This document shows positions 18,371 to 29,201 of a stretch of 64,000 bases of DNA, in pieces. Source of the stretch: Clostridia bacterium (GTDB lineage: Bacteria > Bacillota > Clostridia > Oscillospirales > Acutalibacteraceae); assembly GCA_017399405.1 (NCBI GenBank), contig JAFQCT010000020.1, positions 22,492 through 86,491 of the forward strand, written 5' to 3'. The first letter of the stretch is position 1; every line of letters begins with the position of its first letter. The position numbers and the translations under genes are program-made. Below the pieces are notes generated by a model that saw nothing but the letters and a program-made list of their open reading frames with translations, was not told the origin of the DNA and did not search any database.

Positions 18371-19295
18371 ATTTAACCCATTTTGCAACAGCAGTTTCAA
18401 CAAGTTCTACAACCTTGTCAACAATTACCTCGTCACCGTCTTGAAGGTTAAGAAGTGGTTCTCTTACACCGCCAAGCTCAAGTCCTGCTCTCTTTTTAAG
18501 AGCTGCTTTTGCAGTAGCATACATATTACCTTTTGTACTGCACATTGTGTAAATAACTTCGTTAATGTCGTCTTGTAAGGCTTCGGCATTAGCAACATCG
18601 TTATTCTTAATCATATTGTTAAGTGTAACGAAAAGTTCAGGCATAACACCGTATGTACCACCAATACCGCCATCAGCACCAATCATACGACCACCAACGA
18701 ACTGTTCATCAGGACCGTTGAAGATAACAACTTCGCGGTTATTAAGTTTTGCCTGACGCTTAAACATCTGAATATCTTGAATTGGCATTGATGAGTTCTT
18801 AACACCAATAACCTTTGGATTTTTAAGCATTTCATCAAACAAACTCATTGTAAGTGAAACACCTGCAAGTTGAGGAATGTTGTAAATAACATAATCTGTA
18901 TTTGGTGCTGCTGCTGAAATATCGTTCCAATACTTTGCAATTGCTGTTTCGTTGAGTTTGAAATAAATTGGTGGAATTGTAGCAATAGCGTCAACTCCTA
19001 AACTTTCAGCGTGACGAGCAAGTTCGCAACTGTCTTTTGTATTGTTGCAAGCTACATGAGCAATAATTGTAATTCTGCCCTTGTTTGCTTCCATAACTGC
19101 CTCAAGTGTCTTTTTACGGTCCTCAACGCTGTGGTAAATACATTCGCCTGATGAACCACCAACATAAAGTCCGTCAACACCCTTTTCAATAAGAAATTCA
19201 ACTAATGACTTTACACCATCAACTGAAATTTCACCATTTTCATCATAACAAGCATAGAATGCGGGTATAACACCCTTGTATTTTTCAAGACTCAT
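18369..19295 (-). CDS. nanA: N-acetylneuraminate lyase (DapA/NanA family)
   Basis: DHDPS-family fold in 308 aa with LYVGGSSGE. It is adjacent to an AGE-family epimerase. Confidence 0.8.
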   Translation of the reverse strand: MSLEKYKGVIPAFYACYDENGEISVDGVKSLVEFLIEKGVDGLYVGGSSGECIYHSVEDRKKTLEAVMEANKGRITIIAHVACNNTKDSCELARHAESLGVDAIATIPPIYFKLNETAIAKYWNDISAAAPNTDYVIYNIPQLAGVSLTMSLFDEMLKNPKVIGVKNSSMPIQDIQMFKRQAKLNNREVVIFNGPDEQFVGGRMIGADGGIGGTYGVMPELFVTLNNMIKNNDVANAEALQDDINEVIYTMCSTKGNMYATAKAALKKRAGLELGGVREPLLNLQDGDEVIVDKVVELVETAVAKWVK

Positions 19296-19300
19296 TTTAA

Positions 19301-20506
19301 TTAACCTCTTTCTTCAATTTCTTTCATCATTTGGTCAAGCATAATAAGACATCTTGGCACATGGAATGGTCCTTTGAATGTTGAACCAATACAAGCAGGG
19401 AGTGTAGGATTACCGTCACGGCGAAGATAACCATACCATTCACCACAAGGAGCCACTGCGAAATGGTCTTTTGTATAGTCGAACAACTGATTAAAGATTT
19501 TAAGATATTTTTCGTCTTTTGTATCTCTGTAAATCATCAAAGATGCAATAAGTGCCTCATTGTGTGGCCACCAGAGTTTCATATCGTGTTCATAAGCCTC
19601 AGGTGGATTGCCAAGACAGTCAAAGAAGTAAAGAATACCGCCGAACTCATTGTCCCAGCCCTTTTCAAATGCCATATCAAAAATTTCAATAGCCTTTGCG
19701 TGAAGTTCTTTGTCGCCAGTTTCGTTTGCTCTTTCCATAAGGAACCAGCTACACTCAATATCGTGACCAGGGTTTACAACTCTGCCTTCAGTAATGTTAA
19801 GGCGAGGTGTTCCGTCAAGAGAAACGCTTTCAAGTGTGCAACCTAAATCTTTCTTAACATGATATTTGAAAATATCAGCAACACATTCGTCTGCACGCTT
19901 GTTATAAAGGTCTGCATTTTCAGGGTCAACACGAAGCATAACTGATGTAACATTAAGAATAATCATTGGAATACCAAGTGCACGACCTGTTCGTGTTTCA
20001 GGCTCTGTTTTTGGGCCAAGTCCTGTTGGGTCAGGCATACCGTGGTTAAGATTCCAATACATATCGTAAGCTTTTCTTGCTCTTTCTAAATGCTCTTTTT
20101 CGCCTGTAATACCGTAATATTCAGCGTTTGCAATACAATAAAATGCTTCTGAATAGCAATATCTTCTCTGGCGAAGTGGCTTACCGTCTTCAGTTACTGT
20201 AAAGTAAAGTCTGCCATCTGCATTTTTGTTTACGCAGTAGTTTTCAAGAAAGTCGATACAACTTTTACTTGCTTCAAGCCATTCCTTTTTTACACCGTAA
20301 ATATGGCAAAGATAAGCAAAAGTCCAACCGCATCGGCCTTGCATCCAAACGCTTTTGTCAGTTGAATAAACTTTACCGTCCTTGTCAAGACAAGTGTAAA
20401 CGCCGCCGTGAACTTTATCCATACCGTTTTGAAGCCAGAAATCAGCAACGCTTGAAAGTTCATCGAGTACCCATTGTCTTTGTTCTTTAAGGTTCATATT
20501 TTTCAC
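19301..20506 (-). CDS. N-acylglucosamine 2-epimerase (AGE family)
   Basis: The family blocks of an (alpha/alpha)6-barrel are present: WMQGRCGWTF and KLWWPHNEALIA. It is co-oriented and 5 nt from nanA. Confidence 0.8.
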   Translation of the reverse strand: MKNMNLKEQRQWVLDELSSVADFWLQNGMDKVHGGVYTCLDKDGKVYSTDKSVWMQGRCGWTFAYLCHIYGVKKEWLEASKSCIDFLENYCVNKNADGRLYFTVTEDGKPLRQRRYCYSEAFYCIANAEYYGITGEKEHLERARKAYDMYWNLNHGMPDPTGLGPKTEPETRTGRALGIPMIILNVTSVMLRVDPENADLYNKRADECVADIFKYHVKKDLGCTLESVSLDGTPRLNITEGRVVNPGHDIECSWFLMERANETGDKELHAKAIEIFDMAFEKGWDNEFGGILYFFDCLGNPPEAYEHDMKLWWPHNEALIASLMIYRDTKDEKYLKIFNQLFDYTKDHFAVAPCGEWYGYLRRDGNPTLPACIGSTFKGPFHVPRCLIMLDQMMKEIEERG

Positions 20507-20562
20507 CCCATAAATTGAATAATATACAAGAAAATTTTAGCACACAAAATTTGCTTTGTAAA

Positions 20563-20590
20563 GTTAAAAAACTTCCATAAAAGGAGGTTT
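20563..20590 (-). terminator. Candidate terminator downstream of the LtaS paralogue
   Basis: AACTTCC-ATAAAA-GGAGGTT (one G.T pair) with flanking A/T runs. Confidence 0.45.
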
Positions 20591-20643
20591 TTCTAATAAT
20601 TTTTATGCTTTAATTCGTTTCTTGAAAATAACTTTATCAAGTC

Positions 20644-22461
20644 TTAACTAAAAAGGAAGTTTTTGTTATAAAAATTACTGCGATTTTCTAATTCTTTATT
20701 AACTTCTGCAACGCCATCACGTTCAAAGAGTGTTTGCTCATCAGAAAAGAGATTTGTGCCAATTCCAAGACGGTTGCCGTCAAATTCAACACCAAGACAA
20801 GCAACAAGAGTTGGGAACATATCAAATACAGCCCAATCACGATTCTGAAGTCTGCCGTCGTCAATGTTACATAATTCCTGAGGTGGATTAATGAAAAGAT
20901 TAAAGCATGTGCGCTTGTAGTTTTTCACATCATCAAAGAATGATTTTGCCATACTTAAATGGTCACCTATAAGGACAATTGTAGTATTTTCATAGAAAGG
21001 TTGTGCCTGAATCCAACGGACAAATTTAACTGCCTCTGCCTGACTGTAATAAATGCAGTTAGCATATTGGTTGTCAAATTTCTTTTTAGCATTTTTGCTT
21101 AAATATCCGTTAGGACCGTGGGTGTCGGCAGTTTCCATAACAAAGTGGAAAGGTTTGCCTGTTTCATAAAGTCGTGTAAGTTCGTTTTTAGCATATTCAT
21201 AAAGTTTGTCGTCTTCATAACCCCAAAAAACTTTGTAGTCTTCAGGTATCCAACCTAATTCTTTAGCAGCTTTGTGGTCATAAATGTTGAAATTACCGTG
21301 AGATTCAAAATAGAAATTCAAACCACCAAAAGCGGCTTCTGCACCGAACATAACAGATTGTTCATAGCCTTGTTCTTCCAAAATATCGCCTAATGTTGTA
21401 GCACCAGGTAAGAAATTATCTTTTGTACCATAAGCATTATGGTCAAATGGAACTTTCATAGGAAGACCTGTATTCATATTCACCATTGATGCAATTGACC
21501 AGTTACCACCTGTTGATGTAGGAGGGCCACCAAAACCTTTATCTAAGTGTGAAAAACTGTATCCTTCTTTACAAAGTTCAGCAAGGTCTGGCATAAGATT
21601 TTCATCAAAATATCCACCTAAATCTTTTGAAAAATATGTATTTTCCATTGACTCGAGATAAATATGAATAAGATTTCGTTTATGTTCAGGAAATTTAAGA
21701 TTTGCTTTGTTAGGGTCAACAAAGTTCTCCTCAATATATGGTGAGTCATTGAAATATGCAGAGAAAAGTGTCATAAGCTGGAATCTTTCAATACCAAAAG
21801 CACAACCACCAACAAGAATGGTAATTGCAAGTAAGAAACATAAAACTCTGATTGCAACTGCAGAAAGAATGGTTGATTTTTTCTCATTTTTCTGATATGT
21901 AAGTTTGTATTTAGAAAATACAATAATGCAGAATAAAGCAGTAAGAAGTGCTGTTGTAAGTACAGGACCTTCAAAAAGAGAAATATAAACACCTGGGTCA
22001 GTGCCTTCGGTAGGTGAGTTAAGGTTAATAAGAATCTGGTCAGGAGAAAGGTCACCAAAAGCCTCTTTACCCCATATTGTGCCTGTAAATGCAGCAACAC
22101 CAAGTGCGAAGAAAACGGTAGAAATAATTTTTACCGCCATAGCACCTTTTTTGCGTTTAGGCTCTTCATATTCAAACTGAAGAATATTTTTGATAAATCC
22201 GAGTACACATAAAAATACAATACCAACAGCAACTGATAATACGGCATATTTTACGATATACCAAGGACCGTGAGTAGATGCGTTAAAAATATTTTCCACA
22301 TTAAAAATGTGTTTCATAAGGAAAAATGAAAGAAGATTTACAGTAACAGCATCACGGAAAAAAGCGTGAACACAAGTAGCAACACGCTTATCCTTTGCAA
22401 ACAGAAAAACATCTGCAACGGTTTCTAAAACCCCAACTAAAATAACACATAACCAAAGCAT
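20644..22461 (-). CDS. LTA synthase family protein (sulfatase-domain phosphoglycerol transferase), paralogue 1
   Basis: Five N-terminal TM helices plus an extracellular sulfatase domain (FHFVMETADTHGPNGY, IGDHLSM). Confidence 0.85.
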   Translation of the reverse strand: MLWLCVILVGVLETVADVFLFAKDKRVATCVHAFFRDAVTVNLLSFFLMKHIFNVENIFNASTHGPWYIVKYAVLSVAVGIVFLCVLGFIKNILQFEYEEPKRKKGAMAVKIISTVFFALGVAAFTGTIWGKEAFGDLSPDQILINLNSPTEGTDPGVYISLFEGPVLTTALLTALFCIIVFSKYKLTYQKNEKKSTILSAVAIRVLCFLLAITILVGGCAFGIERFQLMTLFSAYFNDSPYIEENFVDPNKANLKFPEHKRNLIHIYLESMENTYFSKDLGGYFDENLMPDLAELCKEGYSFSHLDKGFGGPPTSTGGNWSIASMVNMNTGLPMKVPFDHNAYGTKDNFLPGATTLGDILEEQGYEQSVMFGAEAAFGGLNFYFESHGNFNIYDHKAAKELGWIPEDYKVFWGYEDDKLYEYAKNELTRLYETGKPFHFVMETADTHGPNGYLSKNAKKKFDNQYANCIYYSQAEAVKFVRWIQAQPFYENTTIVLIGDHLSMAKSFFDDVKNYKRTCFNLFINPPQELCNIDDGRLQNRDWAVFDMFPTLVACLGVEFDGNRLGIGTNLFSDEQTLFERDGVAEVNKELENRSNFYNKNFLFS

Positions 22462-22557
22462 AATAAAACCCCTTTTTTAGACTTGCTTATTTAATAAAAT
22501 AATATCACAATTATACTAATGACACAACCTATAAAATTATAAAACAAACACTTGTTA

Positions 22558-24390
22558 TTAACTAACAGTTTCTGTGTCAACAAGAATATTATTGTTATAG
22601 AAAATACTGCGATTTTTCAGTTCTTCGTTAACTTTTTTTAATCCATCTCTTTCAATAAGTGTTTGTTGACCGGAGAACAGATTTGTACCAATTCCAAGAC
22701 GATTTTCCGAGATTTCAACACCGATACTTGCAAGTGTTGTTGGGAACATATCAAACGCAGCCCATTTTCTGTTAAAGGTGCGTTCTGTTGGAATGCTTTG
22801 AAGACTTTCAGGCGGATTTAAGAATAGATTATATGTTGTACGAGTATAATTTGTAATATCCCCGACAAATGAATCTGCCATACTTAAATGGTCGCCAATA
22901 ATAACAATAGTAGTGTACTCGTAAAATGGTTGTTGTTGAATCCAACGAACAAACTTAACTGCTTCTGCCTGACTGTAATAAATGCAGTTAGCATATTGTG
23001 ATTTGTATTTCTTTTCCGCATTAGGACTTAAATATCCGTTAGGAGCGTGAGTGTCAGCAGTTTCCATAACAAAATGGAAAGGTTTGTTTGAAGATGCAAG
23101 TCGTGTAAGTTCAGTTTTTGCAAACTCATAAAGTTTGTCATCTTCATAGCCCCACCAGACATTATAGTGTTCGGATAACCAACCTTGTTCAATTACGCCT
23201 TTGTGGTCAAGAATATTGTAGTTTCCGTGAGACTCAAAGAAGAAATTAAGTCCACCAAAAGCCGCGTCAGCACCAAACATAACAGATTGTTCGTAACCTT
23301 GTTCGTGAAGTATATCGCCTAATGTTATAGCACCGGGCAAGAAATTATCAGGTGCACCGTAAGAGTTGCCGTCAACAGGCACTTTCATAGGAAGACCTGT
23401 ATTCATATTTACCATTGCTGCAACTGACCACCCTGAACCAAATGTGCTGAATGGTCCACCAAAACCACTTTCTTTATGTGAAAAACTTATACCTTCTTTT
23501 GAGAGTTCAGCCAAGTCAGGCATATAGTTCTCTTCAAAATATCCACCAAGGTCTTTTGAGAAGAATGTATTTTCAATTGATTCAAGGTAGATAAAAATAA
23601 GATTTCGTTTTTCTTCAGGGAACTTAATTTCAGTAGTTTCAGGGTCCGCAAAATTATCTTCAATGTATGTTGAGTCGTTCAAATATGAATCAAAAAGTTC
23701 TGTAAGTTGGAATCTTTCAATACCAAAAGCACAACCACTAATAAGCATTGCAACAGCAAGTACAACAGAAATTATTTTGATAACAATTTCAGGAAGAAAA
23801 ACGGTTTTCTTTTCATTCTTGTTATATACAAGTTTGTATCTCGGAAAAGCAAAAGTGCAGTAAAGAACGATAAACAAAACTGTTTTAAGCACCGGACCTG
23901 AAAAGAGTGAAATGTAAACGCCAACATCCGTACCCTCAATAGGCGAGTTAAGATTGATAATAATCTGGTCAGGGGAGAGGTCACCAAACGCCTCTTTACC
24001 CCAAAGTGTACCTGTGTATGCTGCAACACCAAGTGCAAAGAGGATAGTTGAAATGATTTTAAGTACAAAAGAACCTCTTTTTTGCTTTATAGGGTTGAAT
24101 TCAAACACAAATACGCGTTTTATAAAGCCTGAAACTATAAGGAATATAATACCGATTGCGAGAATAAGTCCCAAAAACTTCCAACTGTAAGAAATTCGTT
24201 GTGAAGATATTGCAAAAACATTTTTCACACCAAGAATTTTGTCGGCAAGTGCCATAGCAGTAAGTATAGAAATTAGGCTATCACGAAGTATGACAGTAAT
24301 CCATTTACCCACACTTTTTTTATTTGCTAAAAGGAACATATCGGCAATACCAATAAGAATTCCTACAGTAATTGCTCCAACCCAAACCAT
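22558..24390 (-). CDS. LTA synthase family protein, paralogue 2
   Basis: Same architecture as paralogue 1. Long identical blocks are shared, for example QYANCIYYSQAEAVKFVRWIQ and GKEAFGDLSPDQI. Confidence 0.85.
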   Translation of the reverse strand: MVWVGAITVGILIGIADMFLLANKKSVGKWITVILRDSLISILTAMALADKILGVKNVFAISSQRISYSWKFLGLILAIGIIFLIVSGFIKRVFVFEFNPIKQKRGSFVLKIISTILFALGVAAYTGTLWGKEAFGDLSPDQIIINLNSPIEGTDVGVYISLFSGPVLKTVLFIVLYCTFAFPRYKLVYNKNEKKTVFLPEIVIKIISVVLAVAMLISGCAFGIERFQLTELFDSYLNDSTYIEDNFADPETTEIKFPEEKRNLIFIYLESIENTFFSKDLGGYFEENYMPDLAELSKEGISFSHKESGFGGPFSTFGSGWSVAAMVNMNTGLPMKVPVDGNSYGAPDNFLPGAITLGDILHEQGYEQSVMFGADAAFGGLNFFFESHGNYNILDHKGVIEQGWLSEHYNVWWGYEDDKLYEFAKTELTRLASSNKPFHFVMETADTHAPNGYLSPNAEKKYKSQYANCIYYSQAEAVKFVRWIQQQPFYEYTTIVIIGDHLSMADSFVGDITNYTRTTYNLFLNPPESLQSIPTERTFNRKWAAFDMFPTTLASIGVEISENRLGIGTNLFSGQQTLIERDGLKKVNEELKNRSIFYNNNILVDTETVS

Positions 24391-24411
24391 AATGCTTTCC
24401 CTTTCTAAACA

Positions 24412-25107
24412 CTAAATCAATGATACAACCCACAAAATTATAAACCACACGGGTGGGATAATGAGTGCAGGTAACATATTAAGTGTTTTAAGATTTTTAA
24501 TTTCAAGGATTGCAAGTCCTGATGATGCAATTAAAAATCCGCCAACAACACTAATTTCACACATAAGTTCAGGGCTCATAAATTCACCTAAAAATGTTGC
24601 AAGTAAATAAATCGAGCCCTGCCAGCAAAAAAGCACGGGGGCTGCTAAGGCAATACCGATACCATAAGTAGATGCAAGTACCATACTTGTCACAAAATCG
24701 AGAGTAGCATTTGTGAACAGATATGTATGGTCATTGTAAAGTGCAGAGTTAATAGGGCCTAAAATCGAAAGACTGCCAATGCAGAATAAAAGAATTGCAG
24801 TTGAAAGCCCTTTGCCTAACTCACTTTTACCTTTTTTCTCGGTAAGTGCATTAAACCGTTTGTCCAAATCGATTATATTGCCAAGAAGTGAGCCAAGAGC
24901 AAGTGAAACAATGAAAAGTACGGGGTATTTACTATTTGGCATATTCTGAACAACTGAATTTATACCAATACCTGCTGCTGCAAGTCCCATAGCATTCATA
25001 AGACATTTTGTGTATTTTTCTTTTATTCCTTTTTTAAGTAAACTGCCTATAATACTACCCGTCAGAATGGTGGCAGTATTAACTATTGTACCTATCATTT
25101 TCTGCAA
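24412..25107 (-). CDS. DUF554 family membrane protein (YdfK/YqgA-like)
   Basis: The N-terminus GTIVNTATILTGSIIGSLLKKGI is typical of DUF554. It is a 231 aa multi-pass protein. Confidence 0.75.
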   Translation of the reverse strand: MQKMIGTIVNTATILTGSIIGSLLKKGIKEKYTKCLMNAMGLAAAGIGINSVVQNMPNSKYPVLFIVSLALGSLLGNIIDLDKRFNALTEKKGKSELGKGLSTAILLFCIGSLSILGPINSALYNDHTYLFTNATLDFVTSMVLASTYGIGIALAAPVLFCWQGSIYLLATFLGEFMSPELMCEISVVGGFLIASSGLAILEIKNLKTLNMLPALIIPPVWFIILWVVSLI

Positions 25108-28100
25108 GCCTCCACAACTTCAAATATTTCTTTAAGTGTATCAAGAGATGTTTGCTCTTGTAACTTTTTAACATTTATACTCTTTTTGCCTGATGATGTT
25201 ACACTTACACGCTTGCGAAGTACTGACGAAATATCAAGCACTAATGATGCGTCAATTTCATCACAGTAAAGGCAGAGTGTATCACCACGCTGACCGATTT
25301 CATAAAATCCCATTGAAGATGCCTTGTTTCTGCATAATGACACCTCAATAAGCCCCTCAACTGATGGGGGGATATCACCAAAACGGTCACGCAGTTCGTC
25401 ACGAACATCTTCTGCATCTTGAAATGTGCGTATATCTGCAATTCGTCTATAAACCATAAGTCTTTGCGACAATGCAGTAATATATTTGTCAGGAATATGA
25501 GCGTTAATTTGTAAGTCGATAAGACATTCTTTTGTATTTTTAGGTGCTTCACCTTTTTCGTCAGAAATGGCTTCACCTAAAAGTTTCATATACATATCAT
25601 AACCAACTGCCGCCAAATGACCGTGCTGTTGTGCACCTAAAAGATTACCTGCACCGCGGATTTCAAGGTCACGCATAGCAATCTTAAAGCCTGAACCAAA
25701 TTCGGTGTATTCGCGGATTGCCTGCAATCGTTTGTATGCAATTTCACTTAACTCTCGGTCTCGTTTATAGGTGAGGTATGCACTGGCTCTTCTTGCACTT
25801 CTGCCAACACGACCACGCAACTGATGAAGTTGAGCAAGACCAAGTTTATCAGCATCTTCAATGATAAGAGTGTTAGCATTAGGCACATCAACACCTGTTT
25901 CAATAATGGTGGTACAAACAAGAATGTCAATTTCACCGTTCATTAAATCTCGCCAGATGTCACTTAACTGTTCTTCGTTCATTTTACCGTGAGCAGTTGC
26001 AATTCGTGCGTCAGGCAGATATTCTTTGATTGAAAGTGCAACACCGTCAATGGTTTCAACACGGTTGTGCAAGAAATACACCTGACCGCCACGGCGAAGC
26101 TCTTTTTCCATAGCCTCGCAAAGTAGAGGAAGATTATGCTCAACAACATAAGTCTGCACAGGAAAACGGTCAGACGGTGCTTCCTCAATAACTGACATAT
26201 CGCGTATTCCCGACATAGCCATATTAAGTGTTCGTGGAATTGGAGTAGCCGAAAGTGTAAGCACATCAACACCGGGGAACTTTTCTTTGATTTTCTCTTT
26301 CTGAGCAACACCAAATCGCTGTTCTTCGTCAACAATTAAAAGTCCTAAATCTTTGAATTTTACATTTTTCGCAATAAGCGAGTGAGTACCCACAATAATG
26401 TCAATGAATCCTGAATTTACACTTTTAATGATTTTTGTCCGTTGTGTAGGAGTACGGAAGCGTGACAACATTTCAATTTCAACGGGGAAACCGTCAAATC
26501 GTTTCATAAGTGTTTGATAATGCTGAAGTGCAAGAATAGTGGTAGGCACTAAAATTGCACATTGTTTACCGTCTGCAACACATTTGAATACCGCACGCAG
26601 AGCAACTTCAGTTTTACCAAAACCAACATCGCCACAAAGAAGACGGTCCATTGGGTATGGTTTTTCCATATCGTTTTTGATTTCGTCAATACTGCGTAAT
26701 TGGTCGCAGGTTTCTTCAAACTCAAATTTTCGTTCAAAGTCTGCCTGCATATCAATATCAGGGGAGAAAGCAAAGCCTTGTGTGTGCATTCTTTCTGAAT
26801 AAAGTTTAATAAGTTGGTCTGCCATATCTTTAACAGCACTGCGGACTTTACTTTTTGATTTTTCCCAATCAGTACCGCCAAGACGGTTAAGCTTTAATGC
26901 TTTTCCGTCATCTTCGTGAGGACCAATATATTTTGAAACTAAATCAAGCTGAGTAACAGGTACATAAAGCACATCACTTTTTGCGTACTTGATTTTAATG
27001 TAGTCTTTAATAATCTTATTTGCTTCAAGTTGAGTAATACCGTCAAAAATACCTATACCGTGAATTGAGTGAACAATATAGTCACCTTTGCGTAATTCGT
27101 CAAGGGAATGTATGGTATCTTTTGCCTTAAAGCCCGAATTTCTGCGACGAGTTTTTGATTGATACACTTTTGAGTATGTGAATACATAAAACTTGTCGCG
27201 AGGGTATGAAAATCCCGAAGTAAGTGAGCCAGGAAGTACCGATACTGCTCCTTTTGGAAAATCCGCAGGGATTACAGGAAAATAAACAGATACAATATTT
27301 TCGTCATTAAGTGTTTCACTAAGATTTTTTGCACTCTTTTCAGTACCCGCAAAAACTACAATGCGAGTGTCTTTTTTAAGAATTGGCTCAATGTCCTCTA
27401 TAAGTACATCAAGTTTACCATTCCATATAGGTAAAGTATTACCGTTAAATGTGGTAAGGGACTTAACGGGAGTGTCAAAACTACCACGGGCAAAGTTGTC
27501 AATATAAGTAGCACCCAAATCGGTGTATTTTTCTACTAATTCGTTAAATGTAAGGGTGAATTTATCAAGCCCTTTGCAAAGAATACCGTCTTCAACTGAA
27601 GCCTTAATATCTTCAAGCAGAAGCTTTTGTGATGCATTTATTTTTTCTTTAATTCCACCTGTCTCAAATGCAAACAATAAATAGTTATCTGCATAATCAA
27701 AAATTGTAGCAGGGGAGTAAATAAGTGGCAAATATTTGTCAGCCGAGCCTACTTTAAGTCCGTCACGAAGACGGTCAATGTCTGCATATAACTTTTCGCG
27801 GATAATATCAGTTTTTTTACCACGGATTGACAATGCAAACTTTTCAATTTTTTCAATTAAAGCATTAGGCTCGTCAATAATGATTTCTTTTGACGGTGCA
27901 ATTAAAATTTCATCAATGTTCATTGTGCGTCTTTGACTTTGAACATCAAAACGACACATAGTGTCAACTGTGTCACCCCAAAGTTCAATACGGACAGGCT
28001 CGTCATCGTCAGGTGAGAAGAAATCAACAATACCACCGCGACAAGAAAACTGACCAACACCCTCAACTGCATCAACACGGGTGTACCCTGCACAGTTAAG

Positions 28101-28562
28101 TGAAATTAAGATGTTCTCAAGTGTTGTTTCTTCACCTTTTTTTAGAAGAACAGATTTTTGTCTTAATGTTTCAGGTGGAATAGTATATGAAATTACCGCT
28201 TCGGCAGAAGCCACTACAACATCACATTTACCGTCGAGCATTCTGCGTAAAACTTTAATACGCTTTTGCTCATATTCGTAGCTTTGACTATCGTTTGAAT
28301 AGAATGAAAAACTGCGAGCAGGGTAGTGGAGTGCTGAAACACCAAGAGCCGATAAATCTTCACAAGTTTTTACCGCAGTAGCATCATCAGGCACGACAAT
28401 AAGGGCCTTTTTTTCAAGACCCCCCACTAAAGCAGAAACAATGTGTGATTTTTGTACGGGCATTAACCCTAAAACACCTTGAGGAAGAAAACCTTTTTTA
28501 ATACTGTTAAGTACTCCCTCAAATTCTGCTGAATGTTCAATTGCATGCGTAAATGCGGACAT
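25095..28562 (-). CDS. mfd: Transcription-repair coupling factor
   Basis: 1155 aa with the superfamily-2 helicase motifs GDVGFGKTEVA, DEEQRFG and TATPIPRT. It also has a UvrB-like N-terminus and a TRCF C-terminus. Confidence 0.95.
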   Translation of the reverse strand: MSAFTHAIEHSAEFEGVLNSIKKGFLPQGVLGLMPVQKSHIVSALVGGLEKKALIVVPDDATAVKTCEDLSALGVSALHYPARSFSFYSNDSQSYEYEQKRIKVLRRMLDGKCDVVVASAEAVISYTIPPETLRQKSVLLKKGEETTLENILISLNCAGYTRVDAVEGVGQFSCRGGIVDFFSPDDDEPVRIELWGDTVDTMCRFDVQSQRRTMNIDEILIAPSKEIIIDEPNALIEKIEKFALSIRGKKTDIIREKLYADIDRLRDGLKVGSADKYLPLIYSPATIFDYADNYLLFAFETGGIKEKINASQKLLLEDIKASVEDGILCKGLDKFTLTFNELVEKYTDLGATYIDNFARGSFDTPVKSLTTFNGNTLPIWNGKLDVLIEDIEPILKKDTRIVVFAGTEKSAKNLSETLNDENIVSVYFPVIPADFPKGAVSVLPGSLTSGFSYPRDKFYVFTYSKVYQSKTRRRNSGFKAKDTIHSLDELRKGDYIVHSIHGIGIFDGITQLEANKIIKDYIKIKYAKSDVLYVPVTQLDLVSKYIGPHEDDGKALKLNRLGGTDWEKSKSKVRSAVKDMADQLIKLYSERMHTQGFAFSPDIDMQADFERKFEFEETCDQLRSIDEIKNDMEKPYPMDRLLCGDVGFGKTEVALRAVFKCVADGKQCAILVPTTILALQHYQTLMKRFDGFPVEIEMLSRFRTPTQRTKIIKSVNSGFIDIIVGTHSLIAKNVKFKDLGLLIVDEEQRFGVAQKEKIKEKFPGVDVLTLSATPIPRTLNMAMSGIRDMSVIEEAPSDRFPVQTYVVEHNLPLLCEAMEKELRRGGQVYFLHNRVETIDGVALSIKEYLPDARIATAHGKMNEEQLSDIWRDLMNGEIDILVCTTIIETGVDVPNANTLIIEDADKLGLAQLHQLRGRVGRSARRASAYLTYKRDRELSEIAYKRLQAIREYTEFGSGFKIAMRDLEIRGAGNLLGAQQHGHLAAVGYDMYMKLLGEAISDEKGEAPKNTKECLIDLQINAHIPDKYITALSQRLMVYRRIADIRTFQDAEDVRDELRDRFGDIPPSVEGLIEVSLCRNKASSMGFYEIGQRGDTLCLYCDEIDASLVLDISSVLRKRVSVTSSGKKSINVKKLQEQTSLDTLKEIFEVVEACRK

Positions 28563-28571
28563 AGTTTTTAC

Positions 28572-29183
28572 CTAACTGTTATATAAATTCATTGCCTTGT
28601 CTATTTGATTATCAAGCATAAGCTCAAGAGCCTTGCAAGCATTTTCAAGTACAGGCTCAAGCACTTTTTGCTCATCCTTTTTGAATTCAGAAAGCACCCA
28701 ATCAGCCATATCATAATCGGGGTGTGGCTTTTTACCAACACCGATTTTAACTCTTGGGAAATTGTCGCTATTCATATGATAAATAATACTGCGAAGACCC
28801 TTTTGGCCACCGTCACTGCCTTTTCTCTTGATTCGCATTTTTCCAATGTCAAGAGATGTGTCATCACTAATAACAATAATTCTTTCAGGTGGAATTTTAT
28901 AAAACGACGCGCATTCTCTTACTGCTTCACCGCTGTTGTTCATATAAGTCTGCGGTTTCATAACAATACAGCGATGACCGTTTATGGTAGTATCTGCAAT
29001 CAGGGACTTGAACTTTAATTTATCAACCCTGAAATTAAGTTTTTCTGAAAGCATATCTACGCACAAAAACCCCGAATTATGTCGGGTGAGGGTGTACTTT
29101 CTGTCAGGATTTCCAAGCCCCACCACAATAAATTCAGGTGTGCCTACAGATGCATAAGTCTTCTTTCTGAATCTGTTGAACAT
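28572..29183 (-). CDS. pth: Peptidyl-tRNA hydrolase
   Basis: The motifs VGLGNPDRKYTLTRHN and MNNSG are present. It lies upstream of mfd, as in Bacillus. Confidence 0.93.
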   Translation of the reverse strand: MFNRFRKKTYASVGTPEFIVVGLGNPDRKYTLTRHNSGFLCVDMLSEKLNFRVDKLKFKSLIADTTINGHRCIVMKPQTYMNNSGEAVRECASFYKIPPERIIVISDDTSLDIGKMRIKRKGSDGGQKGLRSIIYHMNSDNFPRVKIGVGKKPHPDYDMADWVLSEFKKDEQKVLEPVLENACKALELMLDNQIDKAMNLYNS

Positions 29184-29201
29184 ATTGTATTTCCTTTTTA
29201 T

